A DNA stretch of 64,000 bases from Eledone cirrhosa. Taxonomy: Eukaryota. Below the pieces are notes generated by a model. It made no database searches, was not told the origin of the DNA, and saw only the letters and a program-made list of their open reading frames with translations. The stretch is from the NCBI GenBank assembly GCA_964016885.1, contig CAXHJY010001531.1, forward strand, positions 1 to 64,000, given 5' to 3'. Made by a program: the position numbers and the translations under genes. This document shows positions 1-17,068 of the stretch, in pieces. Within the stretch, counting starts at the first letter, position 1. The number at the start of each line of letters is the position of its first letter.

Positions 1-3761
<3,761 letters not shown>

Positions 3762-3811
3762 TAAAATAAGTTAAATAAAAGTCAAATGATTAAAATTTAG
3801 CTTCGTTTATT

Positions 3812-3866
3812 ACTGCTATATATATTTCAGTGACAGCCATCTTTGGCTGTGACCTCTTCAGGCAGT
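3812..3866 (-). ncRNA. Type I hammerhead ribozyme (inverted copy, E1)
   Basis: Reverse complement of 4098-4152. Confidence 0.85.
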
Positions 3867-4097
3867 TTCAATTAGTATGGTATAGACAAAGTACATATGT
3901 TGTTTAGGTGTATGATATTGTCAATACTCTGATATGCCCAGTTCCTTGTTGGGTTGTTAATTCACTGGGGAACTGGAGTCATATGACTCCAGTTCCCCAG
4001 TGAATTAACAACCCAACAAGGAACTGGGCATATCAGAGTATTGACAATATCATACACCTAAACAACATATGTACTTGTCTATACCATACTAATTGAA

Positions 4098-4152
4098 ACT
4101 GCCTGAAGAGGTCACAGCCAAAGATGGCTGTCACTGAAATATATATAGCAGT
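4098..4152 (+). ncRNA. Minimal type I hammerhead ribozyme (E1)
   Basis: actgc-CTGAAGA-ggtcacagcc/ggctgtcact-GAAA-tatata-TA-gcagt: helix I, conserved core, helix II and a palindromic helix III typical of PLE hammerheads. Confidence 0.88.
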
Positions 4153-4300
4153 AATAAACGAAGCTAAATTTTAATCATTTGACTTTTATTTAACTTTATT
4201 TTACACTACTCCGGAGTAACCAAACCAACCTGCGCACTTCGTCGAGTGCTCCAGCCTGCATACTGAGGTGTTGGTATACAACCAACATAAACTCAAAATC

Positions 4301-4592
4301 TATTATATATATATATATATATTATATATATTATATATATATATATTATATATATTATATATATATATATTATATATACTATATTATATATATATATATT
4401 ATATATATTATATATATATATTATATATATATATATAATATATATATATATACTATATTATATATATATATATATATATATCATTATATATACCGTATTA
4501 TATATATATATATATTATATATATTATATATATATATATATATAATATATATATATATATATAATATATATATATTATATATATTATATAAT

Positions 4593-4624
<32 letters not shown>

Positions 4625-4744
4625 ATATATATATATATATATAATATATATATATTATATATATTATATATATATATAATATATATATATTATATATATT
4701 ATATATATATATAATATATATATATTATATATATTATATATATA

Positions 4745-4782
<38 letters not shown>

Positions 4783-5840
4783 TATATTATATATATTATA
4801 TATATATATATATATTATATATATAATATATATAATATATATATATTTAATATATATATATATATATTTAATATATATATATTTAATATATATATATTTA
4901 ATATATATATATATATATATTTAATATATATATATATATATTTAATATATATATATATATATTAAATATATATATATATATATATTAAATATATATATAT
5001 ATTATATATAATATATATATATATTTAATATATATATATATATATATTTAATATATATATATATATATTTAATATATATATATATATATATATATTAATA
5101 TATATATATATATATTAATATATATATATATATTTAATATATATATATATATATTTAATATATATATATTTAATATATATATATATATATTTAATATATA
5201 TATATATTTAATATATATATATATATATTTAATATATATATATATTATATATATATATTTAATATATATATATATATATATATATTTAATATATATATAT
5301 ATATATATATATTTAATATATATATATATATATATATATTTAATATATATATATATATATATATATTTAATATATATATTTAATATATATATATTTAATA
5401 TATATATATATATATTTAATATATATATATATATATTTAATATATATATATATATTTAATATATATATTTAATATATATATTTAATATATATATTTAATA
5501 TATATATTTAATATATATATATTTAATATATATATATTTAATATATATATTTAATATATATATATATATATTTAATATATATATATATATTTAATATATA
5601 TATATATATTTAATATATATATATTTAATATATATATATTTAATATATATATATTTAATATATATATTTTAATATATATATATATTTAATATATATATAT
5701 TAATATATATATATTTAATATATATATATATATTTAATATATTTATATTTAACATATATATATTTAATATATATATATATATTTAATATATATATATATA
5801 TATTTAATATATATATATATATATTTAATATATATATATA
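4301..5840. repeat. (TA)n array, with a TTTAA variant unit in the distal part
   Basis: Direct reading. Confidence 0.97.
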
Positions 5841-6980
5841 TCATCATCATCATCATCATCGTTTTACGTCCGTTCTTCCACGCTCACATGGGTTAGACGG
5901 GTTGTCCTGTTGTGGGCAGTGTCTGATCGGCTGACCATGCCTTGCTCATACAGGAACTGATTTGGCTTGATTTCTACAGCTGGATGCCCATTCCGAACAC
6001 CAACCTCATTTACAGTGAGTGCTGGGTGCTTTTTCATGGCGCCTACACATCCACCTTGTGGTGGGGGATGTGGGGCATATTGTCTATATGCTTCATCTTG
6101 TACTCATGGGAGGTCGGGTACTCTGTATTACTGCGCGACGCCAGAAGTCACGGTCGTGTGTCATTGTCTTTGAGAGTGTAATTGGGTAAGGTCGACTTTT
6201 ATCACCTCATCCCAGGTCATCTTGGGTCTCCCCACTCCGCGGTTTCCACATCAACTTCTAGTGCTCTGCAGCTTTTTATGCAGCTGTCATCCTTCATACG
6301 CATCACATATCCATACCAGTGCAACCGTCTCTCCTGCACACAGCATTTGATTCCTCTTATGCTCAGTCTCTCTCTCAATTTATTTATGCTTTGTCGTTCA
6401 CGTATATTACTGTTACACATCCATCGGAGCATGCAGGCTTCATTTCTCTCTAATCTACGTAAGTCTTCCACCTTCAGCGCCCAGGTCTCACTACCATGCA
6501 ACATCGCTGTTCGGATACACGCATCATACAGTCTGCCTTTCATTCTGAGGGAGAAGCCTTTTGCAGCTAGCAGTGGTAGTAGTTCCCTAAACTTCTTCCA
6601 TCCCATTCTTACCCTAGTTATTGTACTTTCTGAACACCCACCTCCGCTGCTAAATCGGGTACCTAGGTAGCAGAAGCTGTCTACTGTTTCTACAGGGCCC
6701 TCCCAGAGATTGGTGGTACTTGTTTCCTGTGGCTGTTTGCTGCTTGCTGTCTCAGCACAGCTGCTGCATGTGAATCCTACATTCTTAATTAAGCTTCTTG
6801 AGATCCCGCTACATCTCTTGTGTACCCATTGTTTGCATTTGGGGCAGAGAATGGAGTTCCTACCTACGCCTTTCCTACATACTGAGCAAGGCCATTTCCC
6901 TGAGGGGATCTGCGTTCTGTTTTCTCGTCTACTCACAAGGACCTTAGTCTTTGTCATGTTGACTTTGAGACCCTTTCTTA
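5841..6980 (-). mobile_element. 5'-truncated RTE-clade LINE (family 1) with (GAT)n tail
   Basis: ORF 6217-7005 is homologous to the C-terminal half of ORF 50782-52899 (PHD-like finger, YLG, HGSETW, RLHWYG); (CAT)n at 5841-5860. Confidence 0.92.
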
Positions 6981-7111
6981 CTGCACCAATCTTTTGGTAT
7001 GGCACCTTCTAGTATTACCTAGTTATATATATAAATATACATTATGAAGAGAGAAGAAACATTTAGATATAATTAGTAATAAAATGTATCATACCTAAAC
7101 TGCTCCTAGAT

Positions 7112-7201
7112 TCCTCGACTACGTAGTTTCGTGGCATAAACAAAAACAATACATCATAAAGATATAGAGTCTTTGCGAGGTCTGCCGACTTATCAAGAGG
7201 A
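7112..7201 (-). ncRNA. Variant hammerhead ribozyme (inverted copy, E2)
   Basis: Reverse complement of 7486-7575. Confidence 0.7.
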
Positions 7202-7485
7202 TACCTCATTTTACTAGCTTCAAGAACGCGTCTACACGACGTGGTCGAGTAATATTTGATGAGTGGTGACTGCTGGAAAGCTGCCATTACTCATACTTCT
7301 CGCCTCCTTCACCACCTCTTCTACGGCTTCGATATAAATACCCCCTCCGCGGTATTTTCTTTGGGGTTATAAGAGGCTTAGCTCTGTTTCTCGACCGTTA
7401 TATCGCGTGACTATCTCCCCCTCCGCTTTTTGGGATTCTTTCTCACGTCGTGTAGACGCGTTCTTGAAGCTAGTAAAATGAGGTA

Positions 7486-7575
7486 TCCTCTTGATAAGTC
7501 GGCAGACCTTGCAAAGACTCTATATCTTTATGATGTATTATTTTTGTTTATGCCACGAAACTACGTAGTCGAGGA
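7486..7575 (+). ncRNA. Type I hammerhead with U3-A8 core and long helix II insert (E2)
   Basis: tcctc-TTGATAA-gtcggca...tgccac-GAAA-ctacgtag-TC-gagga. Confidence 0.75.
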
Positions 7576-7819
7576 ATCTAGGAGCAGTTTAGGTATGATA
7601 CATTTTATTACTAATTATATCTCAATGTTTCTTCTCTCTTCATAATGTATTTTTAACTCTGATACTGGTTCAGTCTGATTCAACCGGATTGGTCTGTCCC
7701 AGTCATTCATTGAGCAACATCGGTAAGGTTGGCACCATTAACTCACGGTTGGGTGTGGATGCATTCATGTATATGTGTGTGTCCGCATGTATCTGTGTTT
7801 CTAAATGTATTATATATAA

Positions 7820-7863
<44 letters not shown>

Positions 7864-7886
7864 TTATATATATATATATATATATA

Positions 7887-7919
<33 letters not shown>

Positions 7920-8280
7920 ACTAGAAATTGATTAACATATATATAAACATGAATAATCACAGGAGATAATTTTTACAAGTGTGTAACCACACATAGCTAG
8001 GTAGGTAACTAAATAAAGTTGACTAGAACTTCAAAAATAGATACCTTATAATATGATTAATCTTCCCTGTATATATTCCATTAAAGAAATATATTTCACC
8101 AATTAATCAGATGGTAAATCACGGAAGTGGATATATATAGTTAATCAATTTATTGTGATTATAAAATGCTCGGACCTACTCGATAGAATATTTGAGCTCA
8201 TTTTCCGGGTGATATTGCGCATGCCGTTATGGCATGACACCCATAATTTTGATTTAGATTAAATTCATTTAATTTTGGAT
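7920..8280. mobile_element. Decayed PLE-like insertion E3
   Basis: Short inverted repeat 7925-7944 / 8131-8151; tail stem-loop gctc...tt-gagc at 8168-8197; TA flanks; no clear ribozyme. Confidence 0.4.
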
Positions 8281-8454
8281 ATAGATATATAAATATATTT
8301 ATATATATTTAATATATATATATATATATTTAATATATATATATATATATTTTTTAATATATATATATATATATATTTTTAATATATATATATATATATA
8401 TTTTTAATATATAATATATATATAATAATTATATATATATAATATATATATATT

Positions 8455-8709
8455 TCGTTTCTGAATTTGTTTAGCAAGATTCTTTATCTGAGATCATGTG
8501 TTGAAACCGATATTGTTATACTTTGGGAGGGTCATGTTGCCAATAAGAAACACACGCACCAGTTGCTTTCACTTCAATTTATTATTATAATAAATTTATA
8601 ATAAATTTATAAATTTATAAATTTCTGGTTGGTTGGTTGGTTCCACAACCAGATAGTTGTTTATATAAACAACTATCTGGTTGTGGAACCAACCAACCAG
8701 AAATTTATA
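8455..8709 (-). mobile_element. Very short fold-back copy E4 of the Neptune-like PLE 3' end seen at 16657-16820
   Basis: Near-identical to 16660-16820; hairpin 8616-8709 centred at 8664/8665. Confidence 0.85.
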
Positions 8710-9699
8710 TAATATATATATTTAATATATATATATTTAATATGTTTAATATATATATTTAATATGTTTAATATATATATATTTAATATATTTAATATAT
8801 ATATTTCATATATATATATTTAATATGTTTAATATATATATATTTAATATATTTAATATATATATATATTTAATATATTTAATATATATATATTTAATAT
8901 ATTTAATATATATATATATTTAATATATTTAATATATATATATTTAATATATTTAATATATATATATATTTAATATATTTAATATATATATATTTAATAT
9001 ATTTAATATATATATATATTTAATATATTTAATATATATATATTTAATATATATATATTTAATATATATATATTTAATATATTTAATATATATATATTTA
9101 ATATATATATATATTTAATATATATATATATATTTTATATATATATATATTTAATATATATATATATTTATATATATATATATATTTAATATATATATAT
9201 ATTTATATATATATATATATATATATTTAATATATATATATATATATTTAATATATATATATATATATTTAATATATATATATATTTAATATATATATAT
9301 ATATATTTAATATATATATATATAATATATATATATATATATTTAATATATATATATATATATTTAATATATATATATATATATTTAATATATATATATA
9401 TATTTAATATATATATATATATCTATCTATCTATCTAAGTTGGGTAAAATTCCCGAGATCCATGGACGAGTTCTCTCCAGCGGTCTCTGTCCCTCATTAT
9501 CGCTGCCATATCCTGCATCTCCAACAGACCAGTGTCTGTCCTTAGGGCATCAACACATATATATATATATATATATTTAATATATATATATATATATATA
9601 TATTTAATATATATATATATATATTTAATATATATATATATATATTTTATATATATATATATTTAATATATATATATTTAATATATATATATATATGTA

Positions 9700-9740
<41 letters not shown>

Positions 9741-10362
9741 ATATATATATATATATATGTATTTAATATATATATATATATATATATTTAATATATATAT
9801 AATATTTAATATATATATTTAATATATATATAATATTTAATATATATATATATATATATTTAATATATATATAATATTTAATATATATATTTAATATATA
9901 TATAATATTTAATATATATAATATTTAATATATATAATTAATATAATATTTAATATATATAATATTTAATATATATAATATATATAATATATATAATATA
10001 TATAATATTTAATATATATAATATATATAATATTTAATATATATAATATATATAATATATATAATATATATAAATATAATATATAATATAATATATATAT
10101 ATATATATAATATATATATATATAATATATATATATATATAACATATAATATATATAATATATATATATAACATATAATATATATAATATATATATATAT
10201 AACATATATAATATATAACATAATATATATAATATATATATAACATATAATATATATAATATATATATATAACATATATAATATATATATATAACATAAT
10301 ATATATAATATATATATAACATATAATATATATAATACATATATATAACATATATAATATAT
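8710..10362. repeat. (TA)n array with TTTAA then AACAT variant units, interrupted at 9421-9556
   Basis: Direct reading. Confidence 0.95.
9421..9556 (-). mobile_element. 3'-terminal fragment of RTE-like family 2 with (TAGA)n tail
   Basis: Near-identical to 46155-46275. Confidence 0.88.
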
Positions 10363-10968
10363 ATCATCATCATCATCATCATCACCGTTTTACGTCCGTT
10401 CTTCCACGCTAGCATGGGTTAGACGGGTTGTCCTGTTGTGGGCAGTGTCTGGTCGGCTGACCATGCCTTGCTCATACAGGAACTGATCTGGCTTGATTTC
10501 TACAGCTGGATGCCCTTCCTAACACCAACCTCATTTACAGTGAGTGCTGGGTGCTTTTTCGTGGCGCCTACACGTCCACTTTACAGTGTGGGCTGGGTGC
10601 TTTTTTGCCGTGGCACCTCCACGACCACCTTGCGGTGGGGGGGGGGGGGGGGGGCATATTGTTTATATGCTTCAGCATGTACCCATGGGAGGTCGGGTAC
10701 CCTGTATTACTGTGACACCAGAAGTCACGGTCGTGTGTCATTGACTTTGAGAGGTGTAGTTGGGTAAGGTCGGCCTCCACCACCTCATCCCAAGTCATCC
10801 TGGGTCTCCCCACTCCGCGGCCTCCATCAACCCCCAGCGCTCTGCACCCCTTTATGCAGCTGTCATCCTTCACACGCATCACATGTCCATACCAGCGCAA
10901 CCGCCCCTCCTGCACGCAGCATTTGATTCCTCTTATGCTCAGTCTCTCTCTCAATTCCTTTATGCTTT
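10363..10968 (-). mobile_element. 5'-truncated RTE family 1 (ORF end, 3' UTR, (GAT)n tail)
   Basis: [10 protein letters not shown]...GRPRMTW peptide; 3' UTR homologous to 5841-6200. Confidence 0.9.
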
Positions 10969-10969
10969 G

Positions 10970-11051
<82 letters not shown>

Positions 11052-11596
11052 CATACATATATATATACATACATATATACATATATATATACATATACAT
11101 ATATATATATATACATATATATATATACATATATAAGAGGGTGTTAAAGTTTGCTTGAAGCATTGTGAAATGTGTAAAATACGTATTTAAGAAAGCCACA
11201 ACAATGCAGAGGGAAATCTCGAGGTAGGAAGTGAAAGATAGATAGGAAAAACAGGTGAAAGTGAAAATTGAGAGAGACAAAGATGAAAACAAAACAAAGG
11301 TAGAAGGGTTACCGTAGTAGAGATTTAATCCCAATATTTCGGGCTCACGCCCATCAACGGGGGAAAGTTCCAAAAGGGGGGGAAACAGGCCAAGCGGAGA
11401 AAGTTGTGATGTCGTTAAGACAGGAATGCCGTTATACATATATATATATATATATATATATATGTGTATATATATATATGTATGTATATATATATATATG
11501 TGTATATATATATATATATATATGTATGTATATATATATGTATGTATATATATATGTATGTATATATATATATGTATATCTATGTATATGTATATA

Positions 11597-11886
<290 letters not shown>

Positions 11887-11947
11887 TATATGTATATATA
11901 TATATATATATGTATATATATACTAACTGATTCCATTGCACAGGTGG

Positions 11948-12132
<185 letters not shown>

Positions 12133-12183
12133 CATATATATATACATATATATCTATATATATATACATATATATATATATAC

Positions 12184-12265
12184 AGAGGAATCAAATGCTG
12201 CGTGCAGGAGAGGCGGCTACGCTGGCATGGACACGTGATGCGCACGAAGGATGACAGCTGCATAA
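12184..12265 (+). mobile_element. Tiny internal RTE family 1 fragment inside the TA array
   Basis: Encodes [27 protein letters not shown]. Confidence 0.8.
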
Positions 12266-12730
12266 ATATATATAACATAATATATATAATATATATATAA
12301 CATATAATATATATAATATATATATATAACATATATATATATATTATATATATATATATTATATAACATATAATATATATAATATATATAATATATATAT
12401 ATATAACATATATATATATATTATATATATATATATTATATAACATATAATATATATAATATATATTATATATATATAACATATATAATATATATATATA
12501 TATAATATATATATAACATAATATATATAATATATATATAACATAATATATATAATATATATATATAACATAATATATATAATATATATATATATAATAT
12601 ATATAATATATATAATATATATGTATAATATATATATATAATATATATATATAATATATATATATAATATATATATATAATATATATATATAATATATAT
12701 ATATATGTATAATATATATATATAATATAT

Positions 12731-12972
12731 ATCATCATCATCATCATCATCAACGTTTAACGTCCGTGTTCCACGCTTGCATGGGTTTGGACGGGGGTAG
12801 TCCCACTTGAGGCAAGAGTGATTGTCTTGCTCGCATAGGACTGTCTGGCAGGTTTTCTACAGTTGGATGCCCTTCCTAACACCAACCACATTTACAGTGT
12901 GGGTCTGGGAGGTTTTTACCGTGTTGCCTACACGGCCACATTACAGCGTGGACTGTGTGTTTTTTTGTCGTG
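12731..12972 (-). mobile_element. RTE family 1 3' UTR fragment with (GAT)n tail
   Basis: Reverse complement of about 53050-53291. Confidence 0.88.
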
Positions 12973-13157
12973 AATATATATATATATATATATATAATAT
13001 ATATAATATATATAATATATATATATATATATATAATATATATAATATATATATATAACATAATATATATAATATATATATATATAATATATATATATAA
13101 TATATATAATATAATATATGAAATATAAGAATCAAAGAACTGTTCAAAACATTATTG

Positions 13158-13204
13158 TGCTTACAGCTGTTTCCTCCAAACCGAGGTTTGGATTCTTCGG
13201 AGCA
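13158..13204 (-). ncRNA. Type I hammerhead with CCGAAGA core (E6)
   Basis: tgct-CCGAAGA-atccaaac/gtttggag-GAAA-cagctg-TA-agca on the minus strand. Confidence 0.78.
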
Positions 13205-14643
13205 GTTTATTAATGCATGGACAGTTATATGACCTCCTTTTCAGCCGAGAGACATTCCAATACATATTCAAACATTGATACATATTCAAACATTGTGGGT
13301 CAACATTCATTACAAAATTTAGAGTGGCAGTACACACTTCGAGATTACATTTATATTAATAGGTACAATCAAAAATCAAAGATATAGGTTAAAGTACAAC
13401 ATGAAGATAAGTGGTTATATAGTGCAAATGTTATATGTGTGGCACGCATGTGCGTCTTGTTTATATAGTGTGGCAGAGAGATATGTGTGGTAGAGGCACT
13501 TAGGTAGGTAAATAAGAGTGTTAGGTTGGTAGATCTGGTGGCAAAGTCTTTATATGATTGATATAGTCTGTGTGTGGAGAAATATTATAAGTATTAAAGA
13601 TAGTGCAAGCATTAAAAGTGTTATAAGTATTGGAGATGCACAACGCAGGGATGTCAAGTAATTCATGTACTTCGGCATTTTCATGGTCAAGGGAGTGTAT
13701 ATTTCGATTATATGCCTTTCACATAATCCACGACAATCCAGTTAGAGATCGTAGTCTGGTGTTCTTTGGTTCGATACAGGAGGTTGTTACGTTTCGAGAG
13801 ACGCCATTGAATACCGGAAGTGTGTGGCTAAGGGGAGTTAATGCATGCGGGGAGGTAACTCTGGGGTTTCTATATCTAGCCATTAAAATGTGTCCCAATA
13901 TGGACCCTAAATTCTATGGTGAGGTGCACCTTCCAAGAGAGACTTTTAAAGCATAAAGTGCACTAACTATAGAGTAGTTTAACTAAATTATGCTGAAGGT
14001 GATCATATTATTATTAAGGTGGATTAACCCATCTTAAGGTGCTACAAATGGAAATTATAGATGATGAGCGAGGATTCTAAATTAATGATCTCTGTGGTTG
14101 TAGTCTGCTCATATGACCAGGCGCGGTGATTGCAGGATTGCTTCAGGACCCAATGATCTCTGGTAAGATCTGGGTCATCGCTTGCTACATTGGATGTCGA
14201 AAGATAATCGTCCCCAGGCAGGCCAAAGGTCAATCCGCAGTCCTCGCGACCCCTCTCTGACCGTCAGATCATCCATATACGTACAACCCGCACGGCAGTT
14301 GCATTGCATTCACTCACTGCGCTCAGCAGCCCGGTCCTACTGGTCAACAGCGCTACTCGATTAAATCATTTTACATCTGTCTAAGGAAGGTGTTTCCTCT
14401 GCCCAACACCATCCAACCGATCAATTCATGCTCAAATTACCCTTAGAGCGGTGTAGTGCCGTCCAGGTGGGTGGATGTTGTCACACCTGCCGTAGAGGTA
14501 TAAATGGGTATTTTCCCTGCGAAGGGTTCCAGAGGGATGTCGTTGTTTGTGTTATAATGGATCAGCTAGTGTTGGGTATGTAGTATAGGGTGTGTCTCTG
14601 GTGTTTGATGCTAGATGTGGTGTTAGGTTCCAGTCCGACATTG

Positions 14644-15038
14644 CTATATATAGGGCTTAAAGTTTTGGAAGGAATGTCTGAGGCGGTGTTGGCAAGTTGC
14701 AAACACCTCAGATTTTTTGTTAAGTAGGTTACGGTTGGAGAAGATAATATTGTGTGTCTCTAGTATACAGAGGTTACAGAATTTATTAGGTGGTTTGTAC
14801 GAGGTCGCGCTGCCTATCACTTCCCATTTGAGTGTGTATGGTTTATTTTTAGATTTTAGATAGTGTATGTAGCTAGAAAGTGAGGTGGAGTTGGCTAGGC
14901 TGTGCTTTTTGAACGAGTGGATGTGCGAGTTATATCTAATTTTGAAGCAGTTAGAAGTGGAGCCTACATAGGTTTCTGAAGAGTTATTAGCCGTGACTGT
15001 GCATGAGTATATGACATCCTTGGTTAGGCATTTTTTAT
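14644..15038 (-). pseudogene. 5'-truncated PLE GIY-YIG endonuclease (Naiad-like)
   Basis: CLTKDVIY...YVGSTSNCFKIRYNSH...CNLC..E...LLNKKSE...CQH; similar to the C-terminus of ORF 60260-61561. Confidence 0.88.
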
Positions 15039-15557
15039 CTCGGTTTGGAGGAAACAGCTGTAAGCACAATAATGTTTTGAACAGTTCTTTGATTCTTATA
15101 TTTCATATAACTGCTCTGTAAATCATCTGATGTTTTTACATTGAGCTACTTAACTTACTGGTAATAAGGTAGTAATACATTACTGCCTACCACTATTTAG
15201 GGTGTGTGTAAAATACTTACAACTGCTTAAGGTTTTGTGTTTACATAACCATAAATAGTATAACTAATACTATAATATAATATATATATATAATATATAT
15301 AATATAATATATATATATAATATATATATATAATATATATATATAATATATATATATAATATATATATATAATATATATATATAATATATATATATAATA
15401 TATATATATAATATATATATATATAATATATATATATAATATATATATATATAATATATATATATATAATATATATAATATATATATATAATATATATAT
15501 AATATATATAATAACATAATATATATAATAACATAATATATATAATATATATATATA

Positions 15558-15847
15558 TCATCATCATCATCATCATCATCATTTTACGTCCGCTTTTCCC
15601 TGCTTGCAGGGGTGGGACGGGAACTGATTCTGGCTTGATTTCTACAGCTGGATGCCCTTCCTAACACCAACCTCATTTACAGTGAGTGCTGGGTGCTTTT
15701 TTGCCGTGGCACCTCCACGACCACTTTGCAGTGGAATGTGAAATAAAGTGTCTTGCTCAAGGAAACAACACATCACCCGGTCTGAGAATTGAACTCACAA
15801 CCTTTCGATTGCAAGGCCAATGCTCTAACCACTAAGCCATGTGCCTC
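15558..15847 (-). mobile_element. tRNA-headed SINE with RTE-derived 3' tail (internally deleted copy)
   Basis: A box TGGCTTAGTGG and B box GAGTTCAATTC, then RTE 3' UTR and (GAT)n; paralog at 20999-21379. Confidence 0.8.
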
Positions 15848-16656
15848 TATATATATATATTATATATATATATATTATATATATATATTATATATATATA
15901 TTATATAATATATAATATATAATATATAATATATATATATATATATAATATATATATATAATATATATAATATATATATATATATAATATATATATATAA
16001 TATATATATAATATATATAATATATATATAATATATATAATATATATATATATATAATATATAATATATAATATATATATATAATATATATATAATATAT
16101 ATATAATATATATAATATATATATAATATATAATATATATATATATATAATATATAATATATAATATATATATATAATATATAATATATATATATATATA
16201 TATATAATATATATATATAATATATAATATATATATATATAATATATATATATAATATATATATATAATATATATATATAATATATATATATAATATATA
16301 ATATATATATATAATATATATATATAATATATAATATATATATATAATATATAATATATATATATAATATATAATATATATATAATATATATAATATATA
16401 TATATAATATATATAATATATATAATATATATAATATATATATATATAATATATATAATATATAAATATATATATAATATATATATATATAATATATAAA
16501 TATATATATAATATATATATATATATAATATATAATATATATAATATATATAATATATATAATATATATATATATATAATATATATATAATATATATATA
16601 TATATAATATATATATAATATATATATATATATAATATATATATATATAATATATA
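15848..16656. repeat. (TA)n array
   Basis: Direct reading. Confidence 0.97.
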
Positions 16657-16821
16657 TATTGTTATACGTTGGGAGGGTCATGTTGCCAATAAGAAACACA
16701 CGCACCAGTTGCTTTCACTTCAATTTATTATATATTTATAAATTTATAAATTTACAAATCTACAAACTTATAAATTTCTGGTTGGTTGGTTGGTTCCACA
16801 ACCAGATAGTTGTTTATATAT

Positions 16822-16864
16822 AGTCATAGTCCTTTCGTCACACTCTGTGACCTCTTCAGTGACT
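16822..16864 (-). ncRNA. Minimal type I hammerhead ribozyme (E7)
   Basis: agtca-CTGAAGA-g-gtcaca/tgtgac-GAAA-ggac-TA-tgact. Confidence 0.8.
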
Positions 16865-17068
16865 GGGGATTCCTTTCTTTGTTTCTGTGCCTTTCCTTTC
16901 TTCTGTCCTACGCCATTTTGTTTCTGTGTGTGTGTTGTGTGCTCAGTTTGCGCATGCGCCACATCCGGGTGTCTGTGTGTGTTTGTGTTCATTTATCTAT
17001 TTGTTTATTTATTTACATGTTGTTGGTTGGTTGTTTGTTCTATGTGTGTGTGTGTTTTCATTTTGTCC

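Larger units (their letters stand above)
3762..4300. mobile_element. PLE-derived fold-back insertion E1: ~220-bp near-perfect inverted arms (3762-3982 / 3983-4203) plus ~97-nt unique tail
   Basis: Palindrome centred on GAGTC-ATAT-GACTC; each arm holds a type I hammerhead followed by AATAAA; flanked by (TA)n on both sides. Confidence 0.85.
7037..7770. mobile_element. PLE-derived inverted-repeat insertion E2: arms 7037-7243 / 7444-7650, 200-nt spacer, tail on right arm
   Basis: 207-bp inverted repeat (the ORF track gives the same peptide on both strands); hammerhead in each arm; tail stem-loop at 7656-7715. Confidence 0.82.
13115..15270 (-). mobile_element. Naiad-like PLE E6: long minus arm (GIY-YIG endonuclease, ~1.4-kb 3' region, hammerhead) joined head-to-head to a short plus arm 15039-15109 with tail
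   Basis: Inverted repeat 13115-13185 / 15039-15109; GIY-YIG ORF; tail stem-loop at 15113-15146. Confidence 0.87.

Noticed and set aside
3762-4203. Palindromes as sequencing or assembly fold-back artefacts
   Set aside because: The arms carry substitutions and indels, end at a biologically patterned position, and the flanks are not mirrored. Read-level confirmation is still advisable.
7063-7645. Identical 70-aa ORFs on both strands as a duplicated gene
   Set aside because: A by-product of the inverted repeat; no recognisable protein features.
8040-8130. Hammerhead in E3
   Set aside because: A helix II-GAAA-like segment is present on the minus strand but there is no CUGANGA-like core or helix I.
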